From: an uncultured Candidatus Saccharibacteria bacterium
GTDB taxonomy: Bacteria; Patescibacteriota; Minisyncoccia; Phycocordibacterales; PALSA-1337
Direction of reading: 5' to 3'
DNA length: 29,378 nt
Assembly: GCA_964355845.1 (NCBI GenBank)
Contig: CAYHFF010000003.1
Span: 1 to 29,378, forward strand
Shown: positions 16,478-25,350 of the stretch, one piece after another
Position numbering within the stretch: position 1 is the stretch's first letter
Layout of the letters: the number at the start of each line of letters is the position of its first letter
Made by a program: the position numbers and the translations under genes
The notes under the pieces: generated by a model
Seen by the model: only the letters and a program-made list of their open reading frames with translations
What the model was told of the DNA's origin: nothing
Database searches by the model: none

Positions 16478-18109
16478 TCAATTTACAGTGTTTGGAAATT
16501 TCTGACATTCATCCAACATTTTTTGCGCTTCAGCATTCATAGGTGATGTTTTTACTACTACTGCATCATATTCTTCTTTTGATTTCACAACTTCTATACC
16601 TGTTGTGATTGTACGGTTTTGAATCATCAGTGACAGTTTCTGACTAGGTTCATTCAATTCATTCAATGTATTTGCAATTGTGATACTTGTTTTTAGTCTT
16701 GTGATTTCAAGTAGTTTTACATCGGCTTGTTTTGCAGAGATCAGTAATTGCGATGCTTGGGGAGCAATATCTGATGTTATTTTATTATCGATATTCACTA
16801 TTTTGCTCTGGGCAGACTGTGTTTGGGAAGCTGTAAGTGTCGGATTATTGCTCGATATTTTATTTGCATAACATGATTTTACCGACTCATAATTATTTTT
16901 AGTAGCAATAATAGTATTCAAAGATGCATCCTTATTTGTTTTATCATCTGTTGAATTTTTTATATAAGTATCCATATTTTGCAATAGGGTTTTCTTTGCA
17001 TCCTGAACTTGCTGTGTCTGTGTATTATTTGCTACATTTGCCTCATTTTGTATCTGTGATAGATATGATGATTTATCACCAGAACCACTTCCACTAAGCG
17101 CAGTGAGACCAGATTGTAGAAGTTGAGTAACAAGCTGAGCAAAGAGCGCATCTACAACTTCATTTATTTCATCAGCCAAGTTCAAGGCATCAGCGGGTAC
17201 CCCCAATTGCTTATCCAGTGTTCCAGCTATGACCGAGCCTGGGGTCTGTATTTCGCATCTCTTTTCAGGTGAGAATCCTTCCCCAGTTCCCTCAAATGAT
17301 CTTTCAGGTCCATCGTATGAGCCTTCTCCTGTACCTTGATATGATCTTTCTGCAGTACTTTCTGTATTTAAAGTTGTACATTTCTGCCATGATAGGAATC
17401 CTCTACCCTGATTTAGCTCATCCTTTTTCTGTATTTGTGCTCCAGCCACTCTAAGTGACAATTCACTTTCCGCGGTTAGGTATGCTCCATAAGGATTGTT
17501 TTGTGGCTCTGTTGTAAGTGATACAAAAGCCGGCCATCCACCTTGTTTGAAATCTCCAGCGGTAAAACCATTTATAGATGCTCCTTCTACCGCATTTTTA
17601 GAATTCTCTATTATTTTACCTAGGGTACAAGTATATCTCTGTTGAATTCTAGGATGATATTTAAATGAGAGAGCAAGACGAATATCGATACTAAAAGGAC
17701 TACAGAGATTTGAAAGAGGTCCACCACTTTTTGCTAGGAAATCTCCAGTGATCTGATCTGCAACATCAAGGAAAAATGATCCGGGATTTTGTATAAACGC
17801 TGGACTGCCTTCAAAACCAGAGTTTATCCAATTGACAACACTAGCTGTTATTTGTCTCACTACCTGTTTTAGAAGTGAGACTACAAGTCCGTCTAGAACA
17901 TATTCCTTTAATTCTATTGAATAATCAGAAAATGAGCTTATGGAAGTATTTGCCGCAGTCAATGCGTTTTGAATTGTATTTGTTTCGTCAAAAACTATAT
18001 CACCGACTCCAAATACTGCGTATACCCTATTTACATTGACTGTAAATCCAAATACAAAAAATATACTTAGCGTTATCAATGTTATTTTTTTGTATATTAA
18101 ATTTTTCAT
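16478..18109 (-). CDS. Exported protein with TrbJ/VirB5-like N-terminus
   Basis: Signal peptide then GDIVFDETNTIQNALTAA, resembling the TrbJ-type IVxDPxNxxQNxLTAA start; directly upstream of the TrbL-like gene; three Cys pairs; helical C-terminus. Confidence 0.5.
   Translation of the reverse strand: MKNLIYKKITLITLSIFFVFGFTVNVNRVYAVFGVGDIVFDETNTIQNALTAANTSISSFSDYSIELKEYVLDGLVVSLLKQVVRQITASVVNWINSGFEGSPAFIQNPGSFFLDVADQITGDFLAKSGGPLSNLCSPFSIDIRLALSFKYHPRIQQRYTCTLGKIIENSKNAVEGASINGFTAGDFKQGGWPAFVSLTTEPQNNPYGAYLTAESELSLRVAGAQIQKKDELNQGRGFLSWQKCTTLNTESTAERSYQGTGEGSYDGPERSFEGTGEGFSPEKRCEIQTPGSVIAGTLDKQLGVPADALNLADEINEVVDALFAQLVTQLLQSGLTALSGSGSGDKSSYLSQIQNEANVANNTQTQQVQDAKKTLLQNMDTYIKNSTDDKTNKDASLNTIIATKNNYESVKSCYANKISSNNPTLTASQTQSAQSKIVNIDNKITSDIAPQASQLLISAKQADVKLLEITRLKTSITIANTLNELNEPSQKLSLMIQNRTITTGIEVVKSKEEYDAVVVKTSPMNAEAQKMLDECQKFPNTVN
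17277..17350. repeat. Degenerate 45-bp-period tandem duplication encoding ERSYQGTGEG / ERSFEGTGEG
   Basis: ccttccccagttccctcaaatgatctttc (17277-17305) versus ccttctcctgtaccttgatatgatctttc (17322-17350). Confidence 0.85.
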
Positions 18110-18112
18110 GAT

Positions 18113-19042
18113 TTAATTTTTTATATTTAAAGAGCCATCTGTAGTTGGATTTACTCCAAGAAAAGTCAAATAGCTTCTTATTCCAAGATATGAATTATTA
18201 AAAGCTTCTGCGTATTTTAAGTAATTACTAGCAGCTTGTATCCCTGACATCGGATCTTTGTCTGATTTTTTAAATAATTCAGAAACAAATATCAGTCCAC
18301 TAATTGAATTTATTAAATCCAAATGTAATCGCGATATAGTGCTAGGTGCTTTTATTTTTATTATTCCATTCAATATATTTTTATAACTTAATATTATAGG
18401 ATCAAGTTCATTCAAGATTTTTGAATCCTGCCTATCTACTGAATCCTTTGTGATTACAGCTTCATTTCTTGATTTTATTGAATACATTTTAAATATTTGA
18501 TCTATACTATTGCCATAATTTTTTATTGATTCTTTGCTAATATCATTATCTATGATTATATTTGCTACTGTATATGTTTTTGGCTGTGATGAGGCAAGTA
18601 TATTTTCTACACTTTGACTCATTGCATCTTGTTGACTCTGTTTATCACCTGAAATTCCCATTTGTCGCAGTTCCATATATCGAGCAAAAAAATCCTTACC
18701 AAGCAATTCTGTATTAGTCGGTATTACTTTTTCAATTTTGGAATCATTTTGAATTGAAGATTTTTTTGAAATCTCACCCATGCTTTTTGCATCTTTTGAA
18801 TCACTACCTAAAAGGATTTCTTCCCAATCCTTCAATCCGTCACCATCCGTATCAATATTTTCCGCTTCAATATTATCATCAATTGAACTAATATCTGCCG
18901 ACGCTGTATAAGTATTCTGTACTTTTCTATTTCTGTATTCAGAAAAGAGAAAAACTCCTCCGACCAGAAGGATTGAAACAAAGATCAAAATCATATTTCT
19001 AACACTACCTTTTCTTATTATTTTTATGTATTGGTAATTCAC
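18113..19042 (-). CDS. Membrane-anchored protein with one DxDxDG Ca-binding (TSP3-like) motif; start uncertain
   Basis: N-terminal TM; DTDGDGLKDWEE at 18818-18853. The GTG start in the track may be too far upstream; the ATG of MILIFVS is an alternative. Confidence 0.7.
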   Translation of the reverse strand: MNYQYIKIIRKGSVRNMILIFVSILLVGGVFLFSEYRNRKVQNTYTASADISSIDDNIEAENIDTDGDGLKDWEEILLGSDSKDAKSMGEISKKSSIQNDSKIEKVIPTNTELLGKDFFARYMELRQMGISGDKQSQQDAMSQSVENILASSQPKTYTVANIIIDNDISKESIKNYGNSIDQIFKMYSIKSRNEAVITKDSVDRQDSKILNELDPIILSYKNILNGIIKIKAPSTISRLHLDLINSISGLIFVSELFKKSDKDPMSGIQAASNYLKYAEAFNNSYLGIRSYLTFLGVNPTTDGSLNIKN

Positions 19043-19075
19043 ATGGGCAGTATTCTCGATACTGTGTAAATTATA

Positions 19076-19939
19076 TCAAGATATACAAGTAAATCCTACG
19101 ATTTTTTTCCACATTTCAAGTGTTATGTTCTCTGCCCTCAAGTCTATAGATAGATTTTCCTTTTTCCATAGCATTTCCAAGGTATTTTTGGGTATTTTTT
19201 TCTCTAAATTTCTAATAACAAATTTTCTTTTATGTGAAAAACCAGCTTTCAAGACTTCAAAAAAGTATTTTTCATCTATTTTATTGTCCATAAAGTATTT
19301 TTTTGAAATATTTTCAATCAAAATCACTGCGGAATCAACATTTGGTATCGGTCTGAAGAATTTACGATCTACAGTGCAGATATATTTAGGATTCCCATAA
19401 ACCTTCACTGAAATCGATAAAATACTTTCTTTTGTATCAACTATTCTTTTTGCCACTTCTTTTTGTACCATGGCGACCATTCTAAGCGGTGGATTTTCAG
19501 ATTCTAGAAATTTTCTCATAAATTCCCCAGTAATATAATACGGAATATTTGCTATCAATACATAATTTTTAAACTTTATACCTTGAACGGCAATATTTTC
19601 ATCAAATTTCAAAATATCTCCATGTATAAGCTCAAGTTTACCGGTATTTATTTGTTCATTAAATTTTTCTTTCAAAAATGGTATTGCCCTATCGTCCTTC
19701 TCTACCGCGATTACATATGCGCCTGTTTCAAGTATTTTTGTTGTTAAAGCTCCCTTTCCTGGACCAACTTCCAATACAATACTATTTTGATCAATATCGG
19801 AAACTTTAACCATAGCAGAAATCACATTTGGCGCATGTAGGAAGTTTTGTCCCAAAGATTTTTTTGCAGAGAAATCTGCATTATTATGTGTATTCTCTTC
19901 AATATATTCGATTTCATTTTCTTCTAAAGAATTTTTCAT
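19076..19939 (-). CDS. rsmA: 16S rRNA m6,2A1518/1519 dimethyltransferase KsgA
   Basis: KKSLGQNFL, LEVGPGKGALT, IANIPYYIT, MVQKEVAKRI, FRPIPNVDSAV. Start moved from the track's TTG (19957) to ATG 19939, which has TAAAAT 7 nt upstream. Confidence 0.97.
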   Translation of the reverse strand: MKNSLEENEIEYIEENTHNNADFSAKKSLGQNFLHAPNVISAMVKVSDIDQNSIVLEVGPGKGALTTKILETGAYVIAVEKDDRAIPFLKEKFNEQINTGKLELIHGDILKFDENIAVQGIKFKNYVLIANIPYYITGEFMRKFLESENPPLRMVAMVQKEVAKRIVDTKESILSISVKVYGNPKYICTVDRKFFRPIPNVDSAVILIENISKKYFMDNKIDEKYFFEVLKAGFSHKRKFVIRNLEKKIPKNTLEMLWKKENLSIDLRAENITLEMWKKIVGFTCIS

Positions 19940-19953
19940 AATATGTATTTTAA

Positions 19954-21921
19954 TCAAAAATCAATAAAAATAGCTTTCACACCCCTCGGCTCATCTGTAT
20001 CACCCTTTGATTCTATATGTTCATCACCAATATCTGAAATAAAATGAGAGGGAGTATTTACTCTCTGTGCTCCATAAATTGTTCTAATTTGCGCATAACT
20101 GAGAAAAACTTTTTTACGGGCGCGGGTGATTGCAACATAAAAAAGTCTGCGTTCTTCTTCTGTTTCACTTGAACTTGCGATTTTTCCATCTCTACCTTCA
20201 TTTATTCTTGCATGTGGAAATAGGTCTTCTTCCAATCCAGATATAAAGACATAATCAAATTCAAGCCCTTTTGAAGCGTGAACAGTCATTAGTTTTACTG
20301 CATTATTATCTTTTTCAAGTTCATCTTGATCAGTTGTAAGTGCCACATTTTCAAGTAATTTTTCTATAGCCTTTTCAGCTCCTTCATTTATAAAAATAGA
20401 ATCATACTGTGAAGCAACTGTTACCAATTCTCTAAGGTTTTCAAGCTTTTCTTGATCTTCCTGACTTCCGCTTTTATATGCATTTTCCATGCCAGTTTCT
20501 CTGATTATGTATTTTATAAGTATGGAAGGACGCTCACTTGTCGCCGTATTTTTTATTCTTTCAAGTAAATTTAAAAAAGTAGCAACCTTATGTTTTAATC
20601 CATCCCCCAAAGTATTTTCTTGGCCAGTTATGACTTTCATTATTGTGGCCTTACCTATTCCCCTTGGTGGAACATTTACAATTCTTACTATATCTTTTGT
20701 ACTATCTCTATTCAATGATGCTTTTATAAATGAAATCGTATCTTTCACCTCTTTTCTTTCAAAGAATTTAATTCCAAGAACTTGATATGGAATATTTTTA
20801 TTTAAAAATGCTTCCTCGAGCACTCTTGACTGAAAGTTTGCCCTGTATAACACCGCCATTTCCCTAGGTTCCACTCCATTTCCAATAAGATTTCTCGCTT
20901 CATCTGCTATCATTCTCGCTTCCTCCTGTTCAGTATATGAGATGATCAATTCAATTTTCTCCCCCTCTGCGTTTTTTGTAAAAAGATTTTTTTCACGACG
21001 CATAATGTTTTTCTTTATCACATTATTTGCCGCAGTGAGTATTGTCTGTGTTGATCTATAGTTCTCTTCTAAAGTTATGACTTTTGCTTCTGGATATTCC
21101 TTTTCAAAGTTTAAAATATTTGTAATATCTGAACCTCTCCAGCTATATATATTTTGATCATGATCTCCAACAACGCAAATATTCCTATTTTTTTCTGATA
21201 GAAGAGATACGATTTCATACTGAACTCTATTTGTATCTTGATATTCATCAACATGTATATATTTCCAAATATTTCCATATTTACTTTGAATTTCAGGAAA
21301 TTGCCTCAATAGACCTACAGTTTTCAATAGTAAATCATCAAAATCCAGAGATTTCTCTTTTTCCAATGTTTTTTCATATTTTTCCCATACATTTGCAACT
21401 ATTTTCTGGAAATATTCTTTCTGTAGATTTTTATATGTTTGAAATGTCATTCCATCACTTTTTTCCCTAGAAATAGCATTCAGTATTGCTCCGGGTTCAT
21501 ATTGTTTTGTATCTAAACCTATTTCCTCCAGAGCATCTTTCACCGCTTTTTTTGAATCCCCCCTATCATAGATAGTAAAATGTCTCGGAATACCTAAAAG
21601 TCCTGAATTTTCTTTTATAATATGCACTCCAAGAGCGTGAAATGTGCTTACGAAAGGTCTTTCATTAAATGAAATTGGTATATTTAGACTTTTATCTTGT
21701 TCAATAAGGTGAAATACTCTTTCACGCATTTCTTTAGCAGCTTTATTTGTAAAAGTTATTGCAAGAATTTCTGCAGGTTTTACTCCATTTTTAATCAAAT
21801 TCAGTATTCTATGAGTTATGGTTTTGGTCTTTCCTGCACCTGCTCCAGCAATGATCAATAGCGGTCCTTTTAGGGTATTTACAGCCTCATTTTGCGCATT
21901 GTTTAAAGCATGGTTTATCAT
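19954..21921 (-). CDS. pcrA: SF1 DNA helicase PcrA/UvrD
   Basis: LNNAQ, AGAGAGKT, ITFTNKAAKEM, DEYQDTN, VGDHDQNIYSWRG, NYRST, MTVHASKGLEF, EERRLFYVAITRA. Confidence 0.97.
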   Translation of the reverse strand: MINHALNNAQNEAVNTLKGPLLIIAGAGAGKTKTITHRILNLIKNGVKPAEILAITFTNKAAKEMRERVFHLIEQDKSLNIPISFNERPFVSTFHALGVHIIKENSGLLGIPRHFTIYDRGDSKKAVKDALEEIGLDTKQYEPGAILNAISREKSDGMTFQTYKNLQKEYFQKIVANVWEKYEKTLEKEKSLDFDDLLLKTVGLLRQFPEIQSKYGNIWKYIHVDEYQDTNRVQYEIVSLLSEKNRNICVVGDHDQNIYSWRGSDITNILNFEKEYPEAKVITLEENYRSTQTILTAANNVIKKNIMRREKNLFTKNAEGEKIELIISYTEQEEARMIADEARNLIGNGVEPREMAVLYRANFQSRVLEEAFLNKNIPYQVLGIKFFERKEVKDTISFIKASLNRDSTKDIVRIVNVPPRGIGKATIMKVITGQENTLGDGLKHKVATFLNLLERIKNTATSERPSILIKYIIRETGMENAYKSGSQEDQEKLENLRELVTVASQYDSIFINEGAEKAIEKLLENVALTTDQDELEKDNNAVKLMTVHASKGLEFDYVFISGLEEDLFPHARINEGRDGKIASSSETEEERRLFYVAITRARKKVFLSYAQIRTIYGAQRVNTPSHFISDIGDEHIESKGDTDEPRGVKAIFIDF

Positions 21922-22047
21922 TGTGACAACTATATCATGTATTTATGGTTTTTTATCAAAATTTCACAATTTAAATTATATTTATTCAATGCTATATTTG
22001 ACACAATACGATACTAATTATCTTATATTTTATGTTAACAACCTCTA

Positions 22048-22076
22048 TTGACTTTAAATTTCAGCTAGCGTAGGCT
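22048..22076 (+). promoter_or_regulatory. Sigma70-type promoter for the LysM-M23 gene
   Basis: TTGACT (22048-53) -17 bp- TAGGCT (22071-76); predicted start near 22083. Confidence 0.6.
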
Positions 22077-22082
22077 AGATAG

Positions 22083-22198
22083 GTAACCAAAAAATATTGG
22101 TATACATATGGCTTCATTGAGCCATATACTGAGAATACTGCATGGATGTAACCGTCTTAAAGACGAATGAATGACATTGACGAACGACTATTTATATT
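22083..22198 (+). promoter_or_regulatory. Structured ~115-nt 5' leader, candidate cis-regulatory RNA
   Basis: Three hairpins: GUA-ACCAA/UUGGU-UAC (22083-22105), AUAUGGCU/AGCCAUAU (22106-22127), CGUCU/AGACG (22153-22165). Confidence 0.45.
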
Positions 22199-23302
22199 AT
22201 GCAATTTTCAACTAATAATCTAGAAGGTAAAATATTATATTCTACAAGCATTATATCAAAGATGCTTATTACTTTTTTCATACTGTTTAGTTCAATTTTC
22301 ATATATAATTCATCTTTAAAGACCGCAGAAGCCGGTTTTTTCTCTATGATTTCAGATATGGGGGCAGATGATGTTTTGGCAGATAATGATTCCAATAAAC
22401 CGATCGTTACATCACAGAATATGGCATTATTGCAGGCGGCAGTTAATACCGACCCTACACCATATAAAAATTACGATTATACCCCTATTGCAAATGGCAA
22501 TGCACTCGTAGCAGAAATAGGACCACAGGGTACATTATCTGAAATAGAAGAGGATATTTCAACAGAAATAAGTTTTTATACTGTAAGAGAGGGAGATTCA
22601 CTCTCAAAAATCGCAGAATTATTTGATGTTTCTGTAAATACTATAATATGGGCAAATGATTTGGGTAGAAATCCAATAATAAAAGAGGGTCAAAATCTTA
22701 TAATACTTCCTATTTCCGGTATAAAATATACAGTTAAAAAGGGCGATACTATAAAAGGTATAGTTTTGAGGCATAAGGCAAATCTAGAAGAAGTGCTACA
22801 GTACAATGATATTACACTCTCTACTGTACTAAAAGTTGGAGATATTATAATTATTCCTGATGCAGAGCCGTCAATATCTGAAACTCCAAAAACAATAAAG
22901 GGTTCAAAATCTACAATTTCAAATAAAGTTCATGATGCTGATGGACCATTTTATCCAGGTTATTATATTCGTCCTATAGAAGGAGGAAGGAAATCTCAAG
23001 GATTACATGGGTATAATGCAGTTGATCTAGCTGCATCGGCTGGAACTATCATAAGAGCATCAGCTTCAGGTACAGTTATAGCTAGTATGAAAAATGGAGG
23101 ATGGAATGGTGGTTATGGAAATTATGTGATTATTTCACATAGAAATGGCACACAAACCCTATATGCGCATAATCAAAAGAACTTTGTGAATGTCGGTGAT
23201 CTAGTTGAACAAGGTCAAATGATTGCAAAGGTTGGAAATACAGGCAAATCATCAGGTCCTCATGTGCATTTTGAGATAAGAGGTGCAAAGAACCCATTCT
23301 AA
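22199..23302 (+). CDS. Exported peptidoglycan-binding protein with two LysM domains and an M23 peptidase domain
   Basis: N-terminal TM/signal; YTVREGDSLSKIAELF and YTVKKGDTIKGI LysM repeats; NGGYGNYVII.H, LYAHN, GPHVHFE. Confidence 0.92.
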   Translation: MQFSTNNLEGKILYSTSIISKMLITFFILFSSIFIYNSSLKTAEAGFFSMISDMGADDVLADNDSNKPIVTSQNMALLQAAVNTDPTPYKNYDYTPIANGNALVAEIGPQGTLSEIEEDISTEISFYTVREGDSLSKIAELFDVSVNTIIWANDLGRNPIIKEGQNLIILPISGIKYTVKKGDTIKGIVLRHKANLEEVLQYNDITLSTVLKVGDIIIIPDAEPSISETPKTIKGSKSTISNKVHDADGPFYPGYYIRPIEGGRKSQGLHGYNAVDLAASAGTIIRASASGTVIASMKNGGWNGGYGNYVIISHRNGTQTLYAHNQKNFVNVGDLVEQGQMIAKVGNTGKSSGPHVHFEIRGAKNPF

Positions 23303-23340
23303 ACTTAAATTTACTTTACTTCTTCTATAAGTTTGTTTTA

Positions 23341-24870
23341 TTAGATTGTTTTACGCCTATACTGCAATGCTTCTAGTATATGATTTTTATTAATTTTATC
23401 TGAATTTTCCAAATCGGCTATTGTTTGAGCGAGTTTTATTATTCTATGATATGCCCTTGCCGATAGAGAAAGCCTTTCTGCCGAATTTTTGAGCAATTCA
23501 CTAACATCAGTATCGAGTCTGATACATTTTTCTATATCCTGTAATGACATTTCGCTATTGTATCTTTTATTATTTATATTATTTTTTCTAAATCTTTCCA
23601 GTTGAACTTTCCTTGAATTTATAACTCTTTTCCTGATATTTTCCGAATTTTCTTTAGATTTAGAATTATTGGCGAGTTTATCATATTCTATTTTTGATAC
23701 AGAAACCCACATATCTATACGATCAATTATTGGTCCTGATATTTTTCTATTGTAATTTGCAATATCCCTATCTGAACATTTGCAGTTTTTATCCCCTCCA
23801 TATCCACATGGACATGGGTTCATGGACAATATCACTATACATTGAGCCGGAAATGTTAATGTTCCCCTTGCTCTGGAAATTGTAATTATATGATCTTCAA
23901 GTGGTTGCCTCAATGCTTCAATTGATTTTTTATCAAATTCTGGGAATTCGTCGAGAAAAAGCACGCCTCTGTGAGCCAGTGTGATCTCACCAGGTTTTGG
24001 AAATGGTCCGCCACCGATAAGTGAAATATGTGATGAAGTATGATGCGGAGAACGGAATGGAGGTTTTGTAATAAACGGTCTTTCCAAGATTTTTGCAATT
24101 GAATGTATACCTGTAACTTCAAGTATTTCATCATATTCAAGTGATGGAATAATACTCTGAAAGGCTTTTGCAAGCATGGTTTTACCTGTTCCGGGAGGTC
24201 CATACATTCCTATATTATGTCCACCAGAAGCCGCTATTTCCAAAGCCCTTTTTGCAGTTTCTTGGCCTTTTATTATATCAAAATCATTTTCGTATTCATT
24301 ATTTTCAGATATTATTATGGTCGGTTTCTGTTTTTCTATACCCATTCCTTTTACATACATAAGATGATTTATGATTTCATTTAAAGTCTTAACTGGATAT
24401 ATATCTATACCTTTCACGAGCCCTGCTTCACTTGCATTATCATACGGTATATATATTTCCTTGAATCCATTTATCACTGCTCCACTTGTAAGTGGCAATA
24501 CCCCATTCACTTTTCTAATATCTCCTTCAAGCGACAATTCTCCTAAAAATATTTTATTTTTTGGGTCAAAATCTATATCACCACTAGCAGAGAGATATGC
24601 AAGTGCCATTCCCAAGTCAAATGATGGTCCTTCTTTTCGTATATGAGCTGGAGCAAGTGAAATAACTACTTTTTGATTCTTCTGTTTTGGTGAAGTATAG
24701 CCACTATTTTTAATAGCAGCAGATATTCTGTCTTTTGATTCATCTATGGCTTTGTCCCCTAGACCTACAATAGAAAAGGCATGTAAACCATTTGAAAGAT
24801 CTACTTCAATATTGATAATATGCGAATCCAAACCAGACAATTGCAAACTATATACTTTTGATATGCTCAT
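23341..24870 (-). CDS. comM: ComM/YifB Mg-chelatase-like AAA+ ATPase
   Basis: GLHAFSIVGLGDKAIDESKDRI, KEGPSFDL, GELSLEG, GPPGTGKT, PFRSPHHTSS, LFLDEFPEF, MNPCPCG, LSARAYHRI. ATG start at 24870 preferred (TAAAGT 7 nt upstream). Confidence 0.93.
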   Translation of the reverse strand: MSISKVYSLQLSGLDSHIINIEVDLSNGLHAFSIVGLGDKAIDESKDRISAAIKNSGYTSPKQKNQKVVISLAPAHIRKEGPSFDLGMALAYLSASGDIDFDPKNKIFLGELSLEGDIRKVNGVLPLTSGAVINGFKEIYIPYDNASEAGLVKGIDIYPVKTLNEIINHLMYVKGMGIEKQKPTIIISENNEYENDFDIIKGQETAKRALEIAASGGHNIGMYGPPGTGKTMLAKAFQSIIPSLEYDEILEVTGIHSIAKILERPFITKPPFRSPHHTSSHISLIGGGPFPKPGEITLAHRGVLFLDEFPEFDKKSIEALRQPLEDHIITISRARGTLTFPAQCIVILSMNPCPCGYGGDKNCKCSDRDIANYNRKISGPIIDRIDMWVSVSKIEYDKLANNSKSKENSENIRKRVINSRKVQLERFRKNNINNKRYNSEMSLQDIEKCIRLDTDVSELLKNSAERLSLSARAYHRIIKLAQTIADLENSDKINKNHILEALQYRRKTI

Positions 24871-24975
24871 GCATATCACTTTACACTATTGAAATAAAAT
24901 CCTTATGAAATTCTGATAAAATATAAATGAAATTTTTATCAATATTTCATAATATGTGAATAAGTTATTTTCTCA

Positions 24976-25341
24976 CTATTTTCCCATATGAGCCTTGCAA
25001 GTTCTTGCAGATGGATTTGCCTCCAATCTATCCCTTTCTATTTCTTCACCGGATACTTCACAGATGCCGTATTTTAGAGTTTCAATTCTATCTAGAGCAT
25101 TTTTTACTTCTAAATATTGTGGTTCAAGCTTGCTGATTACTACTTCATTCTCTTCTAGCTCTTCAAATCTATCAGCCACTTCATTTTCATCTGCGCTATC
25201 AGTTTCTATATCATTTGTAGTTGCCGACCAGTCATTTGGATTATTTGGATTTACTTTACCAATATTTGCCAATTCACTCTCGAGCAGAGCTTTTTCTTTT
25301 AAAAGTTTTTCCTTGAAATAAAGTATATCATTTTTATTCAT
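24976..25341 (-). CDS. DksA/TraR family transcription factor
   Basis: Coiled coil with ADENEVA tip; ALDRIETLKYGICEVSGEEIERDRLEANPSARTCKAH zinc-finger-like region. Confidence 0.88.
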   Translation of the reverse strand: MNKNDILYFKEKLLKEKALLESELANIGKVNPNNPNDWSATTNDIETDSADENEVADRFEELEENEVVISKLEPQYLEVKNALDRIETLKYGICEVSGEEIERDRLEANPSARTCKAHMGK

Positions 25342-25350
25342 GATGATATT

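Noticed and set aside
6918-19042. Integrative conjugative element
   Set aside because: No integrase, relaxase, coupling protein, tRNA target or flanking direct repeats; embedded among housekeeping genes.
22083-22198. c-di-AMP (ydaO) or c-di-GMP riboswitch before the LysM gene
   Set aside because: Conserved cores (GCUGAA..GGGGGA; GGCAAA..GACGCAAA) not found; kept only as an unclassified leader.
23301-23334. Terminator between the LysM gene and comM
   Set aside because: Only a 7-bp nearly all-AU stem with a 20-nt loop; too weak to call.
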